This document shows, in pieces, positions 1 to 9,814 of a stretch of 64,000 nucleotides of DNA. The stretch covers positions 1,501,058 to 1,565,057 of the forward strand of contig OX638318.1 in the NCBI GenBank assembly GCA_951812585.1, given 5' to 3'. How positions within the stretch are numbered: position 1 is the stretch's first letter; every line of letters starts with the position of its first letter. The notes under the pieces were generated by a model. The model made no database searches. It was not told the DNA's origin and saw nothing but the letters and a program-made list of their open reading frames with translations. The stretch is from Rhodothermales bacterium. Its GTDB lineage: Bacteria > Bacteroidota > Rhodothermia > Rhodothermales > Bin80. Made by a program: the position numbers and the translations under genes.

Positions 1-106
1 AAAAGGTCCATCCAAGCCGCCCGTTGATGAACACGCAAGATACCGGTGCGGACCGCCGCGATTCAAGGGTCACACAAGGCGACTTATGAGCTAAATATCC
101 ACAATG

Positions 107-1339
107 TTATGCACACGGTTCGCTACGTTCGGCCCCGGACGCGGGCAGGATGCGCTCCAGGAGCGCTTCCGCTACCGCTCGCTTCGGCATACGCGCGAGG
201 CGCTCTTCGGAGCCATCGCGCCCGAGCAGCGTTACGCGGTTGGTGCCCGTGCCAAAGCCTGCACCAGCCTCGTTCACGTAGTTGAGCACAACCCAGTCCA
301 GGTTCTTGGCCTTAAGCTTCTGCCGCGCATTGGCGACGCCGTCGTGGGTTTCCATGGCGAAGCCGATGAGCACCTGTCCAGGTCGCTTGTCCGCCCCAAG
401 CGCCTGAAGAATGTCTTTGGTAGGTGCAAGCGCGATCGCGCGCACAGCATCGCGATCGCGCTTCTTGAGCTTCCGAGCCGAGGGTGCGGCAGGTGCATAG
501 TCCGCTACTGCGGCCGCCATGAACACGTAATCCGCCGAGCCGTGTGCGGCGACCGCGCTGGCCATCTCCGCGGCCGTTTCCACATCCACCCGGGACACGC
601 CTGCGGGCGTCTTCAGGTGCGAGGGGCCACTTACGAGCGTCACCTGTGCACCGCGGCGCGCGAGCGCGTCGGCTAGTGCGAACCCCATCGTACCCGTAGA
701 GCGATTGGTCACAACACGCACGGCGTCCACAGGCTCGCGGGTCGGACCGGCGGTGACCAGCGCATGGGTTCCTGCAAGGGTGGTGGCGCGGCGCACAAGA
801 GCTTTGATGCGGGTCACGATGGCATGAGGCTCCGGCATGCGCCCGTAACCTGTCAAGCCGCTGGCCAGCTCGCCAAGTTCTGCGTCCATGACGTGGTATC
901 CATAGGCTGCTAGCTGCGCCAAGTTGGCGCGAACAGCGCGGTGCATGTACATGTCATGGTCCATGGCCGGGCACACCAGGACGGGGCACTGCGCAGCAAG
1001 TACCGTCGCTGCAAGCATGGAGTCGGCAAACCCATGGGACAGTTTCGCCAAGGTTTGGGCCGACAGCGGCGCGATGATGCACAGGTCCGCCCACCGGCCG
1101 AGCGCAACGTGCTGGGTCCAAGTCTTATGATCGGCGAACATGTCCGTCAGCACCGGACGTCTGGATACGGTCGCCAACGTCTCGGCCGTAACAAAACGGG
1201 TCGCCGTAGGCGAAGCCAGCACCTGAACTTCGGCTCCTTCGCGCACAAGCAGCCGCACGAGCTCCGGCGTCTTATAGGCAGCGATGCTGCCGGTGACCCC
1301 CAGGATCAGTTTGCATCCGCGCAACAAGCAGTCCTTCAT
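107..1339 (-). CDS. coaBC: Bifunctional phosphopantothenoylcysteine decarboxylase/synthase
   Basis: GVTGSIAAYK, PAMDHDM and VTAGPTREPVDAVR..TNRSTGTMG motifs; 410 aa. Confidence 0.97.
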   Translation of the reverse strand: MKDCLLRGCKLILGVTGSIAAYKTPELVRLLVREGAEVQVLASPTATRFVTAETLATVSRRPVLTDMFADHKTWTQHVALGRWADLCIIAPLSAQTLAKLSHGFADSMLAATVLAAQCPVLVCPAMDHDMYMHRAVRANLAQLAAYGYHVMDAELGELASGLTGYGRMPEPHAIVTRIKALVRRATTLAGTHALVTAGPTREPVDAVRVVTNRSTGTMGFALADALARRGAQVTLVSGPSHLKTPAGVSRVDVETAAEMASAVAAHGSADYVFMAAAVADYAPAAPSARKLKKRDRDAVRAIALAPTKDILQALGADKRPGQVLIGFAMETHDGVANARQKLKAKNLDWVVLNYVNEAGAGFGTGTNRVTLLGRDGSEERLARMPKRAVAEALLERILPASGAERSEPCA

Positions 1340-1905
1340 GGCGCATCCAGAACGTGGCGGATCAGCGCAACCGCCCGGGCGACCGCCGCGTCAAGGTCGT
1401 GATTTACGATGGCGGCATCGAATGTGTTGGCATGCTGCATCTCTTCCGCGGCCCGCCGAAGCCGCACCTGGAGGGTGCGGCTGGATTCGGTAGCGCGCTT
1501 ACGGAGCCGTTCTTTTAGCGCGTTCATATTCGGGGGCTTGATGAAGATAACGAATGCCTCGTCCTGATAGTCCTTCTTGAGGCGCAGCGCACCCTTTACG
1601 TCGATGTCCAGCAGCACCGGCTCCGCCTTGGACGCTTGTGCAATCTCCGCGCGGAGCGTACCGTAGAATGTTCCGGGGTAGACTTCCTCAAACTCGGCGA
1701 GATGATCCTCGTGAATGAGTCGCTCGAACTCTTGTCTGGACACAAAGAAGTAGTCTTTGCCGTGCGTTTCTGTACGCCGAGGCGGTCGGGTGGTGGCCGA
1801 CACCGAGAAGCGAAGCTGCGGAAACTGTGCCAGAAGCCGCCGGGCAACGGTGGTTTTCCCCGCACCGCTGGGGGCGGTTACTGCGATGATTCTGTGGCAA
1901 GCCAT
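1336..1905 (-). CDS. gmk: Guanylate kinase
   Basis: P-loop APSGAGKTT, SVSATTRPPR, GKDYFF, YGT motifs. Confidence 0.97.
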   Translation of the reverse strand: MACHRIIAVTAPSGAGKTTVARRLLAQFPQLRFSVSATTRPPRRTETHGKDYFFVSRQEFERLIHEDHLAEFEEVYPGTFYGTLRAEIAQASKAEPVLLDIDVKGALRLKKDYQDEAFVIFIKPPNMNALKERLRKRATESSRTLQVRLRRAAEEMQHANTFDAAIVNHDLDAAVARAVALIRHVLDAP

Positions 1906-2404
1906 ACGCTTCCTACGCCGAAAGGCGATGCTGGATCAACAGGCCGAGGAATAATCATGGGCGCCGGGCCCGCTAGCCTTTGCGGTAGTGTGCCAATCCA
2001 GGGGATGGCGAACCACCGCAGTATGCGGCACGAACGGCCATATCGTCGGCCATGCGCGGAAAAGATCGGCCGCGTCCATCACCCGTCCGACAAAGGAAGC
2101 CTGCCATACACATGGAACAGCTCGCTGCGCCCGCAGGCGCGCCTCCGACAGTCAGCGATTAGCGCAGCGCAGCCATGGCTCATCAAGGGCTCATCATTTG
2201 CGCAGAATCAGTATATTCAGCAACAATCCAAAGTAAATCTTGCTCCTCTTCCCTTCAAGCCTGAAGGCGAAGGATCGCGGCGTGCATAGAAGGCAGCGAA
2301 ATGCAGGGAGTGGCCAGTGCCGACGGACAACAGGGCTGGCCAGCGCCGTATTCGTGATTTTGAAAACAGGCCTTTAAGTAAGGCTCACCGATGCTATTTG
2401 CGCC

Positions 2405-5400
2405 ATGAGAGTGTCCAAACCAGCACGCGTCGCCCTGGTGGCGGCGCTGATTTTGCCCCTGGCAGCGGTGCTTCTGCCACAAGCGCCAGCACGCGTGCAG
2501 GGCCCTGAAGGCCTGTTCCTGGCGTCGGAAAAAGCCAAACAGCTTAAGACCGAACAGGGGTACCCGGACCTTTTCATGCAGTATCACCACCAGATCCGAT
2601 CATCAGCAAGCGGCGTAAACGACTACACGACGGGCTATCGGGTCAAGGAGCTGAATACGGCGCTGGCCGCCGCCAAGACGGCCACCAGACTGGGGTGGAT
2701 CGAGCGCGGCCCGGGCAATGTCGGTGGTCGTACGCGCCCGCTGCTGGTGGATCCGGATGATCCGCTGCAGCATACCTGGTGGGCGGGGTCGGTCGGCGGC
2801 GGGCTGTGGAAGACGATCAACGGCGGGTTGAACTGGCAGTATCAGACGGACCACCTACCCAACCTGTCGGTAACGGCATTAGCCATGGCCGAAAGCGACC
2901 ACGATGTCTTATACATGGGGACCGGCGAGGGTTTTGGCAACATCGACCGCGTGGGCGGCAGCGGCATGTTCAGGTCTAGAGATCGCGGCCAGAGTTGGGA
3001 GCATCTGATGGTCACGACCGTGGGGACGGATTTCGCCTATGTGAACCGACTGGCGGTCCATCCCACCAATGCGGATGTGGTGCTCGCGGCGACCAACGAG
3101 GGCCTCTTTCGCACCACCGATGGCGGAGATTCCTGGACGGCGGTGTACAGGGGTTCCGGGCGCATTCAGGATCTCCGGGCCCAGCCGGGCAACTTTGACG
3201 TGCTGGTTGCGACCGAAAACGGCCGCGGCATCTTGCGCTCTTCGGACGCAGGCCGTTCGTGGGTGCACGCCGATGTGCTCTGGCAGGATGGGCCCGGGCG
3301 CATCGAAGTGGCCTATTCGCCCTCCGACCCAGCGGTGGCCTATGCCGCCGCCAACACAGCAGCGCAAGGCGGTCAGTTGTACAGGTCCGAGGATGGCGGT
3401 GCGACATGGCTGCCCACCTTCGAGCCAACAAACACCAACTGGCTGGGGTCTCAGGGCTGGTACGACAACACACTGGCGGTCCACCCGTTCGATCCTGATA
3501 TAGTATTTCTGGGGGGCATTCAGCTGTGGCGGACGGTTCTTTCAGGGGAGACAAGGGATGTATCGGGTCCTTCCAGTCTCGACCGCGGCGGCACGGATCA
3601 GTGGCTCGTCCTGCGAGACATTGGGGGAGGCGCGCACTTCGGCATCCTGCACTATTTCGGTGACGAAGGAGGCGATGTGACGCCGGCCGACTACGGGACC
3701 GTGGAGATTCGATTTGGGCAGGGAACGCAGAGGGCGCATCGCTACTGGGTGCCAGAAGACGCCGGGTCCGATGGCGATGGTACGTCGGGCGTGCCGGACT
3801 CTCTCTATATCTGGGGCGGTTATGTGGAGGTGCCCTTCCAGGTTTGGGATACGGACAACAACAAGCAGCTGGCTGTTTCCTTCAGAGACCAGGCGGACGA
3901 TGGCGAGTGGACGCTCACCCACAGGAACTTCAGCGGGGGGCGCGATGGCCACAGCCGCGAGTACACGTTCATAAACAAGTATGAATACGACCCCAACGCG
4001 GCGCAGCCCGAGATGGCGCGCAGCGGCGGCCACGCCGTAGGGCGTCTGTACTATTTCTGGCCTATTCTGCGAGACGGAGCCTCCTTCGATCCCGAAAATC
4101 TTCCGGCGCAAACCATAACGATTACCTTTGCCAGAGGGACTGCCGTGGTGCGGTCTATCGACCGCCGGATCGATGCCAGCGGGCTGGCACATGTGGACCA
4201 TCACAACATTGTGCCCGTTCCCGTGGATCCGGCCAGTGAAACGTTCTGGGTACTCAATGCCAATGATGGCGGTGTGGCCGTGTCCAAGAACGGCGGCGAG
4301 TTGTTCCGGGAGGTGGACCGTGCGTTTGCAGGCTACAACACGGCTCAGTTCTACGGTGTCTCCAAGAGACCGGGCGTCAGCATGTACCTGGCGGGCACGC
4401 AGGACAACGGGACCTGGCGGTCCTTTCCGAATGCCAACAGCCAGCGCGGGTGGCAGCGTCAGTTAGGAGGCGATGGCTTTGAAACGGTGTGGCACAGCAA
4501 GGACGACAAGAAGATGCTGGGGTCCATCCAGTTCAATCTGATCTACCGGTCACTCAACGGGGGCACGAGCTGGGCGAGCGCTCTGCCGGGCGAAACGGGC
4601 GACAATGGACAATTCATCACCACGCTCGCCAGCTCCGATGCTGCGCCGGACGAGGTCTACACCTCAGGCAGGTCGGGCGTCTGGCGTTCTACGGATTTTG
4701 CCGGATCTTGGACTCTTACGCCGATCTCTTCGCACTGGGGCTTCTGGCACGGTGGCAAGGTCCGCGTATCGCTGGCGGATTCGACGGTGGTTTGGGCAGG
4801 CCATGGCATGGATGACGGGCGCAGAATGCACATCTCGAGAAACCGCGGCGAGTCATTCAGAGCCACGGAGCTGCCCGTGATGAGCCCGACCCCGTCGGCG
4901 CGCCTTTCGGGCCTCGCAACGCACCCGACGGAGGCGGGCACCGCATACGCACTGTTCTCACGACGCAGCCGGCCCAAGGTGCTGGAAACCAAGAACTACG
5001 GCGAGACATGGAGCGATCTGTCCGGTTTTGCCGGTTCGTCGAGCGGCGAAAGCAGCAACGGTTTTCCCAACGTAGCCGTGCACGATCTGGTGGTGATGCC
5101 GCATTCGACGAACGTCATCTGGGTAGGGACAGACATTGGACTGTTCAAGTCCAAGAGCTATGGCGCTGAGTGGAACTACGCGCACAACGGGTTGCCTGCG
5201 GTGTCCATATGGCGGATGAAGGTGCGAGACGATGAGGTCGTCGTTGCAACGCATGGCCGCGGCATATGGACGGTGCCGACAGGCGATGTTGATGTTGCGA
5301 TAGAAGAGGACCCGGCCGACGTGCCTACAGGGTTCGGCTTGCACCCGAACTATCCCAACCCGTTCAACGCGTCGACCATCCTGCGCTTTACCGTGCCGGA

Positions 5401-5593
5401 AGCGGTCGATGTCTGTGTGACCATCTTTGATGCACAGGGCCGCAAGGTTCGTGTGCTCACGGATCGCCGGTACGAGGCGGGGACGCACGCCTTGACCTGG
5501 GATGCCGGCGCTGAGGCCAGCGGCGTCTACTTCGCTCGCCTGGAGTCGGATGGCAAGCTTGTGCGGATCCGACAGATGACGCTCGTCAAGTAG
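2405..5593 (+). CDS. Secreted BNR/Asp-box beta-propeller (VPS10/GH74-like) protein with T9SS type A C-terminal sorting domain
   Basis: Signal peptide; GPGNVGGRTR; many S/T-x-D/N-G-G-x-x-W repeats; ATHGRGIW; C-terminal NYPNPFN...SGVYFARL...MTLVK. Confidence 0.85.
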   Translation: MRVSKPARVALVAALILPLAAVLLPQAPARVQGPEGLFLASEKAKQLKTEQGYPDLFMQYHHQIRSSASGVNDYTTGYRVKELNTALAAAKTATRLGWIERGPGNVGGRTRPLLVDPDDPLQHTWWAGSVGGGLWKTINGGLNWQYQTDHLPNLSVTALAMAESDHDVLYMGTGEGFGNIDRVGGSGMFRSRDRGQSWEHLMVTTVGTDFAYVNRLAVHPTNADVVLAATNEGLFRTTDGGDSWTAVYRGSGRIQDLRAQPGNFDVLVATENGRGILRSSDAGRSWVHADVLWQDGPGRIEVAYSPSDPAVAYAAANTAAQGGQLYRSEDGGATWLPTFEPTNTNWLGSQGWYDNTLAVHPFDPDIVFLGGIQLWRTVLSGETRDVSGPSSLDRGGTDQWLVLRDIGGGAHFGILHYFGDEGGDVTPADYGTVEIRFGQGTQRAHRYWVPEDAGSDGDGTSGVPDSLYIWGGYVEVPFQVWDTDNNKQLAVSFRDQADDGEWTLTHRNFSGGRDGHSREYTFINKYEYDPNAAQPEMARSGGHAVGRLYYFWPILRDGASFDPENLPAQTITITFARGTAVVRSIDRRIDASGLAHVDHHNIVPVPVDPASETFWVLNANDGGVAVSKNGGELFREVDRAFAGYNTAQFYGVSKRPGVSMYLAGTQDNGTWRSFPNANSQRGWQRQLGGDGFETVWHSKDDKKMLGSIQFNLIYRSLNGGTSWASALPGETGDNGQFITTLASSDAAPDEVYTSGRSGVWRSTDFAGSWTLTPISSHWGFWHGGKVRVSLADSTVVWAGHGMDDGRRMHISRNRGESFRATELPVMSPTPSARLSGLATHPTEAGTAYALFSRRSRPKVLETKNYGETWSDLSGFAGSSSGESSNGFPNVAVHDLVVMPHSTNVIWVGTDIGLFKSKSYGAEWNYAHNGLPAVSIWRMKVRDDEVVVATHGRGIWTVPTGDVDVAIEEDPADVPTGFGLHPNYPNPFNASTILRFTVPEAVDVCVTIFDAQGRKVRVLTDRRYEAGTHALTWDAGAEASGVYFARLESDGKLVRIRQMTLVK

Positions 5594-5675
5594 GAACGGC
5601 TTTCAGCAGGGCGCGCCCTGCACGCAGGTGGGGCGCAGCACCGCGCGGCATAGGTGCCGCCTGCTCGCGCCTGTG

Positions 5676-5763
5676 CGGAGAGGGAGGGATTCGAACCCTC
5701 GGTACCCGTCTAGAGTACACTCGCTTTCCAGGCGAGCCCGTTCGGCCGCTCCGGCACCTCTCC
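5676..5763 (-). tRNA. tRNA-Ser(GGA)
   Basis: Reverse complement GGAGAGGTGCCGGAGCGG...CTCGC-CT-GGA-AA-GCGAG, long variable arm, GGTTCGAATCC, acceptor stem CCTCTCC-G; CCA not encoded. Confidence 0.96.
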
Positions 5764-5765
5764 GT

Positions 5766-6335
5766 CTAGATCTCCATGATGGCGTGCTCCTTGACGCGGA
5801 GGATGTCGTCAATCTTTCGGACGAACGAGTTCGTTTCGTCCTGCAGTCGACCCTCCGCCAGGTAGCGCATGTCTTCCGACAGCTTTTCCTCCTCCTGCGT
5901 AGCCTTCACATCGTCCTTGGCATGCCGGCGAATGTTGCGGATGGCGATCTTGGCTTCCTCGCCCAAGCGGCGTGCGCTCCTTACGAGCGCCCGCCGGCGT
6001 TCTTCGGTGAGCGGCGGCACGGGCACGCGAATCAGGGCCCCGTCGTTGGAAGGATTCAGTCCCAAATCTGAAGACATGATCGCGCGCTCTACGCTGCGAA
6101 AGGTGGCGCGGTCCCAAGGCTGGACGATGATGAGGTCAGGCTGTGGCGCGGTAACGGAGGCCAAATGGTTGAGCGGCATCATTTTGCCGTACGCATTCAC
6201 TTTGACATCCTGCAGCATCATCGGTGTGGCGCGCCCTGCACGGATGCCTTGCAACTTGCCCCTGAAGTCCGCAATGGTCTTGTCCATGCGCTCCAGGGCA
6301 TCCTCCAGGATCATTTCCAGGATCTCATCAAGCAT
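5766..6335 (-). CDS. frr: Ribosome recycling factor
   Basis: IRAGRATP, LGLNPSNDG..IRVPVPPLTEERR; start moved to ATG 6335 (MLDEILE). Confidence 0.96.
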   Translation of the reverse strand: MLDEILEMILEDALERMDKTIADFRGKLQGIRAGRATPMMLQDVKVNAYGKMMPLNHLASVTAPQPDLIIVQPWDRATFRSVERAIMSSDLGLNPSNDGALIRVPVPPLTEERRRALVRSARRLGEEAKIAIRNIRRHAKDDVKATQEEEKLSEDMRYLAEGRLQDETNSFVRKIDDILRVKEHAIMEI

Positions 6336-7071
6336 CCGCGTGCCCCTCCCAGTGCACCAGCGTGCCCACGCGCTCTCCCTGCACAATGCGGAGCAGGCTG
6401 CCCGTGGTGTTCACGTCAAAAACGATGATGGGCAGTTTGGACTCCCTGCAGAGCGTGAACGCCGTCATGTCCATTACACGCAAACCGCGCTGAATAACCG
6501 CTTCCCCGGCGATGCGGTGGTAGCGCGTAGCATCGGGGTGCTCCTCCGGATCCTTGGAGAAGATGCCATCCACACGCGTACCCTTGATGAGCACTTCCGC
6601 ATCAATCTCCAGGGCTCGCAGCGCCGCGGCGGTATCCGTCGTAAAGTACGGACTGCCAGTCCCGCTGCCAAAGATGACCACGCGGCCCTTCTCCAGATGC
6701 CGAAGCGCCCGGCGCCGAATAAACGGCTCAGCAATCTCCTCCATGGCAATGCTGGACTGGAGCCGGGTTTCCAGGCCGCGCTGCTCCAACGCGTCCTGCA
6801 GGGCCATCGCGTTGATCATGGTGGACAGCATGCCCATGTAGTCGCTCATGGCGCGCGTCATGCCGGCGGATGCGTCCCGCACGCCGCGGTAGATGTTGCC
6901 GCCGCCAATGACCAGCGCGACAGACACGCCTGCCTGCGCCACGCTGTCGATCTCGCGCGCGTAGCGCGTGAGGACATCTTTATCGATGCCGAACGACTGT
7001 CGGCCCAAGAGGGCTGAACCACTCAGCTTGACCAGGACGCGGCGGTATACTGGGCAAGGCTTGGGTTCCAC
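6328..7071 (-). CDS. pyrH: UMP kinase
   Basis: YRRVLVKLSG, VIGGGNIYRG, DYMGML, PYFTTDTAAALRA; probable GTG start at 7071. Confidence 0.96.
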   Translation of the reverse strand: MEPKPCPVYRRVLVKLSGSALLGRQSFGIDKDVLTRYAREIDSVAQAGVSVALVIGGGNIYRGVRDASAGMTRAMSDYMGMLSTMINAMALQDALEQRGLETRLQSSIAMEEIAEPFIRRRALRHLEKGRVVIFGSGTGSPYFTTDTAAALRALEIDAEVLIKGTRVDGIFSKDPEEHPDATRYHRIAGEAVIQRGLRVMDMTAFTLCRESKLPIIVFDVNTTGSLLRIVQGERVGTLVHWEGHADA

Positions 7072-7102
7072 CAGGAAGCGGTTCTGAAACAGCGCGGCAG
7101 CG

Positions 7103-7933
7103 CTAGTTTCCCAGCTGGTACCGCACAAAGCGGTGTAGCTCCGCCCCTGCGCGCGTAAGGATGTCGCGCACGCTTACCGAGGCGTCCTTGACAAACGGTT
7201 GATCCACCAGCACATGGTCCTTGAAATACTTTTCCAGATACCCGCGGGCAATGCGATCCAAGACATGGGCCGGCCTGCCGGCGCTGCGGGCCGCCTCACG
7301 ACCGATCTCTATCTCCCGGGCCTGCACCGCTTCCGGAACCTCCGTGCGAAAAGCCGCCACGGGGTTGAGTGCGGCTACCTGCATGGCCACATCCCGGCCG
7401 GTGTCTTCTATCTGGCCGTTGCCTGACAAAGCCACCAGCACACCGAGCTGCGCGCCTGGGTGCACGTACGCGACTACATGCCCCGACGGGCTGCTTAACA
7501 CTGCGCAGCGGCGAATGCCCATGTTTTCGCCAATCTTGCCGGTAAGCGCAATTAGCGCCTGCCCTACGGTCTGGCCGCCGCTGATCTCGCAGGCCAGAAG
7601 GGCCTCCACATCCGCGGGTGTGTGCGTCAGGAGCGTGCGGGCGACGGAATCCGCAAAGGAAACAAATTCGTCATTGCGAGCCACGAAATCGGTCTCGCAG
7701 TTCACTTCGGCGATCACGCCGGTACGTCCGTCCGCGCTGACCCGCGCCACGATCAGGCCCTGAAGAGTCTCCTTGTGTGCGCGCTTCGCGGCAACCTTCC
7801 GGCCCTTCTTGCGCAACAGGTCCACGGCTGCATCCACATCGCCTTTTGCCTCGGTGAGGGCGCGTTTGCAGTCCATAATGCCAGCCCCCGTCTTGTCCCG
7901 GAGCTGTTTCACGTCTTTTGCAGTAATCGCCAT
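7103..7933 (-). CDS. tsf: Elongation factor Ts
   Basis: VKQLRDKTGAGIMDCKRAL, EVNCETDFVARN. Confidence 0.98.
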   Translation of the reverse strand: MAITAKDVKQLRDKTGAGIMDCKRALTEAKGDVDAAVDLLRKKGRKVAAKRAHKETLQGLIVARVSADGRTGVIAEVNCETDFVARNDEFVSFADSVARTLLTHTPADVEALLACEISGGQTVGQALIALTGKIGENMGIRRCAVLSSPSGHVVAYVHPGAQLGVLVALSGNGQIEDTGRDVAMQVAALNPVAAFRTEVPEAVQAREIEIGREAARSAGRPAHVLDRIARGYLEKYFKDHVLVDQPFVKDASVSVRDILTRAGAELHRFVRYQLGN

Positions 7934-7938
7934 AGTTA

Positions 7939-8784
7939 CTAGGATTGAGCCGCTGTGGTGCGCCTGCGCTCCCGACGCGTCTTGTGTCCTTGCTTTGTCT
8001 CTGTCCGAGCAGCAGCCCGCTGATCCCGCTCTCGCTTCTCCTTCTCCAGCCTGCGCGTTTTGGTTTCAATATCGTGCTGCTTCTTGCCTTCGCTGACCGC
8101 GCTCGCGATAACAGAAGTGATCAGCGCGATGGACTTGTTAGCATCGTCATTGCAGGGGATCACATGATCCACCAGGTCGGGGTCGCAGTTGCTGTCAACC
8201 ATGGCGATGATCGGGATGCCCAACTTGCGCGCTTCCGCCACTGCGATATGCTCGCGGTTGATGTCGACGATGAACAGTGCCCCCGGCATCCGCGCCATGT
8301 TGGCAATCCCGCTCAGGTTGCGCTCCAGCTTTAAGCGCTCGCGGGCCTTCATGAGGCGCTCTTTCTTCTTGAGCTGCTCCATTGTGCCGTCCATCTCCAT
8401 CTTGCCGAGGTCTTCCATGCGCCGGATACTCTTGCGTATTGTCTGGAAGTTGGTCAGCGTGCCCCCCAGCCAACGCTCCACCACAAACGGTGCCCCGCAC
8501 ACCAGGGCGCTGTCGCGCACCGACTTCTGGGCTTGCTTTTTGGTGCCGACAAAAAGCACGGCCTTGCCCTGCTTGGCGAAGCGCGCAGCAGCGTCCGCGG
8601 CCTTTTCAAGCAGCCGCTGCGTCTGGACCAGATCAATGATGTGAATGCTGTTGCGCTGCATAAAGATGTAGGGACGCATCTTCGGATTCCACCGGCTGGT
8701 AAGGTGGCCAAAGTGCGTGCCGGCGCGCAAGAGTTCTTCAATCTGAACCCGGAATGCGGGCTCCGTGCTGGTCTGATTCGCCAT
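7939..8784 (-). CDS. rpsB: 30S ribosomal protein S2
   Basis: AGTHFGHLTSRWNPKM, RWLGGTLTN, IPCNDD. Confidence 0.98.
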   Translation of the reverse strand: MANQTSTEPAFRVQIEELLRAGTHFGHLTSRWNPKMRPYIFMQRNSIHIIDLVQTQRLLEKAADAAARFAKQGKAVLFVGTKKQAQKSVRDSALVCGAPFVVERWLGGTLTNFQTIRKSIRRMEDLGKMEMDGTMEQLKKKERLMKARERLKLERNLSGIANMARMPGALFIVDINREHIAVAEARKLGIPIIAMVDSNCDPDLVDHVIPCNDDANKSIALITSVIASAVSEGKKQHDIETKTRRLEKEKRERDQRAAARTETKQGHKTRRERRRTTAAQS

Positions 8785-8789
8785 CAAGT

Positions 8790-8872
8790 CGTTGGGTTAA
8801 TCCGCTACTGTCGTCACGTGCACTGGCAAAACCGTTCGGTCACCCTGACAGGCATCAGACAGTATGAGAAGT
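8790..8872 (-). promoter_or_regulatory. Probable rpsB (S2) autoregulatory leader RNA
   Basis: 5' UTR reads CATACTGTC...GGGTG...GACAGTAGCGGATTAACCC: closing stem ACTGTC/GACAGT, internal GGGTG and TAACCC, resembling the known S2 leader. Confidence 0.55.
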
Positions 8873-8878
8873 AAGGTT

Positions 8879-9274
8879 TTATCGTTTAGAGAACTGGAAT
8901 CGTTTGCGAGCCTTGGGTCGGCCGTACTTCTTGCGTTCCACCATGCGCGGATCGCGCGTCAACAGCCCCGCGTCACGCAGCGGCTTACGAAAGTCATCGC
9001 CTGCTTTCACGAGCGCCCGCGCAATGCCCAGCCGAATGGCTTCGCATTGTCCGGTCAGTCCGCCGCCGTGCACATTGATGACGATGTCGTAGCTGCCCAG
9101 GGCACCCGTAATCGAAAGGGGCATAAGCAGCGTATTTTGCCGGACTTCCGTGGAAAAGTACTCCTTCAGCGGGCGGCGATTGATCTTCACATCGCCACTG
9201 CCGGGGCGCAGGTAGACCCGCGCCGTCGCGGTCTTGCGCCGGCCAACGGCGTTGTACTGCGTGGGAGTTGCCAT
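8879..9274 (-). CDS. rpsI: 30S ribosomal protein S9
   Basis: GRRKTATARV, LTRDPRMVERKKYG..KARKRFQFSKR. Confidence 0.99.
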   Translation of the reverse strand: MATPTQYNAVGRRKTATARVYLRPGSGDVKINRRPLKEYFSTEVRQNTLLMPLSITGALGSYDIVINVHGGGLTGQCEAIRLGIARALVKAGDDFRKPLRDAGLLTRDPRMVERKKYGRPKARKRFQFSKR

Positions 9275-9280
9275 CAGTTG

Positions 9281-9724
9281 TTAAAGAGCCAGTAGTTGCG
9301 GCCGTTGGGCCTGGTGCGGATGTTCGCTTCCCACATACACCTTGAGCTTTTTCAGCATCTGCCGACCCAGCGGCCCTTTCGGCATCATGCCCTTTACGGC
9401 ATGCCGCACTAAGTGCTCCGCGCGGCGCTGGCGCATCTCGTGCACGGTCAGGGAACGCAAACCGCCCGGATAACCGCTGTAGCGGTAGTAGCGCTTGCCA
9501 TTCTCTTTGTTGCCCGTAAAGCGTACGCACTCCGCATTGATCACGATAACGTAGTCGCCCGTGTCCACATGCGGCGTATACGCAGGTTTGTGCTTGCCGC
9601 GCAAGATGGCTGCGACCGTTGAAGCCAGCCGCCCAACGACCTGGTGCCTGGCGTCGACCACATACCAAGTGCGGACGATGTCCTGCACCCGGGCACTACG
9701 AGTCTTGAAGCTCAGCGTATCCAT
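9281..9724 (-). CDS. rplM: 50S ribosomal protein L13
   Basis: [42 protein letters not shown] at 9724. Confidence 0.98.
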   Translation of the reverse strand: MDTLSFKTRSARVQDIVRTWYVVDARHQVVGRLASTVAAILRGKHKPAYTPHVDTGDYVIVINAECVRFTGNKENGKRYYRYSGYPGGLRSLTVHEMRQRRAEHLVRHAVKGMMPKGPLGRQMLKKLKVYVGSEHPHQAQRPQLLAL

Positions 9725-9814
9725 TGATTGCATGCGCATCCGTGGGAAGCACACTGAAACGTCGCCCACCAGGCGAATGTTCACATGCCAATCGGATTCT
9801 TTACGCGATCTTGA

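Noticed and set aside
428..463. Perfect 13-bp inverted repeat AAGCGCGATCGCG/CGCGATCGCGCTT containing two GCGATCGC octamers
   Set aside because: Inside the coaBC coding sequence, GC-rich, not seen elsewhere in the window; probably chance
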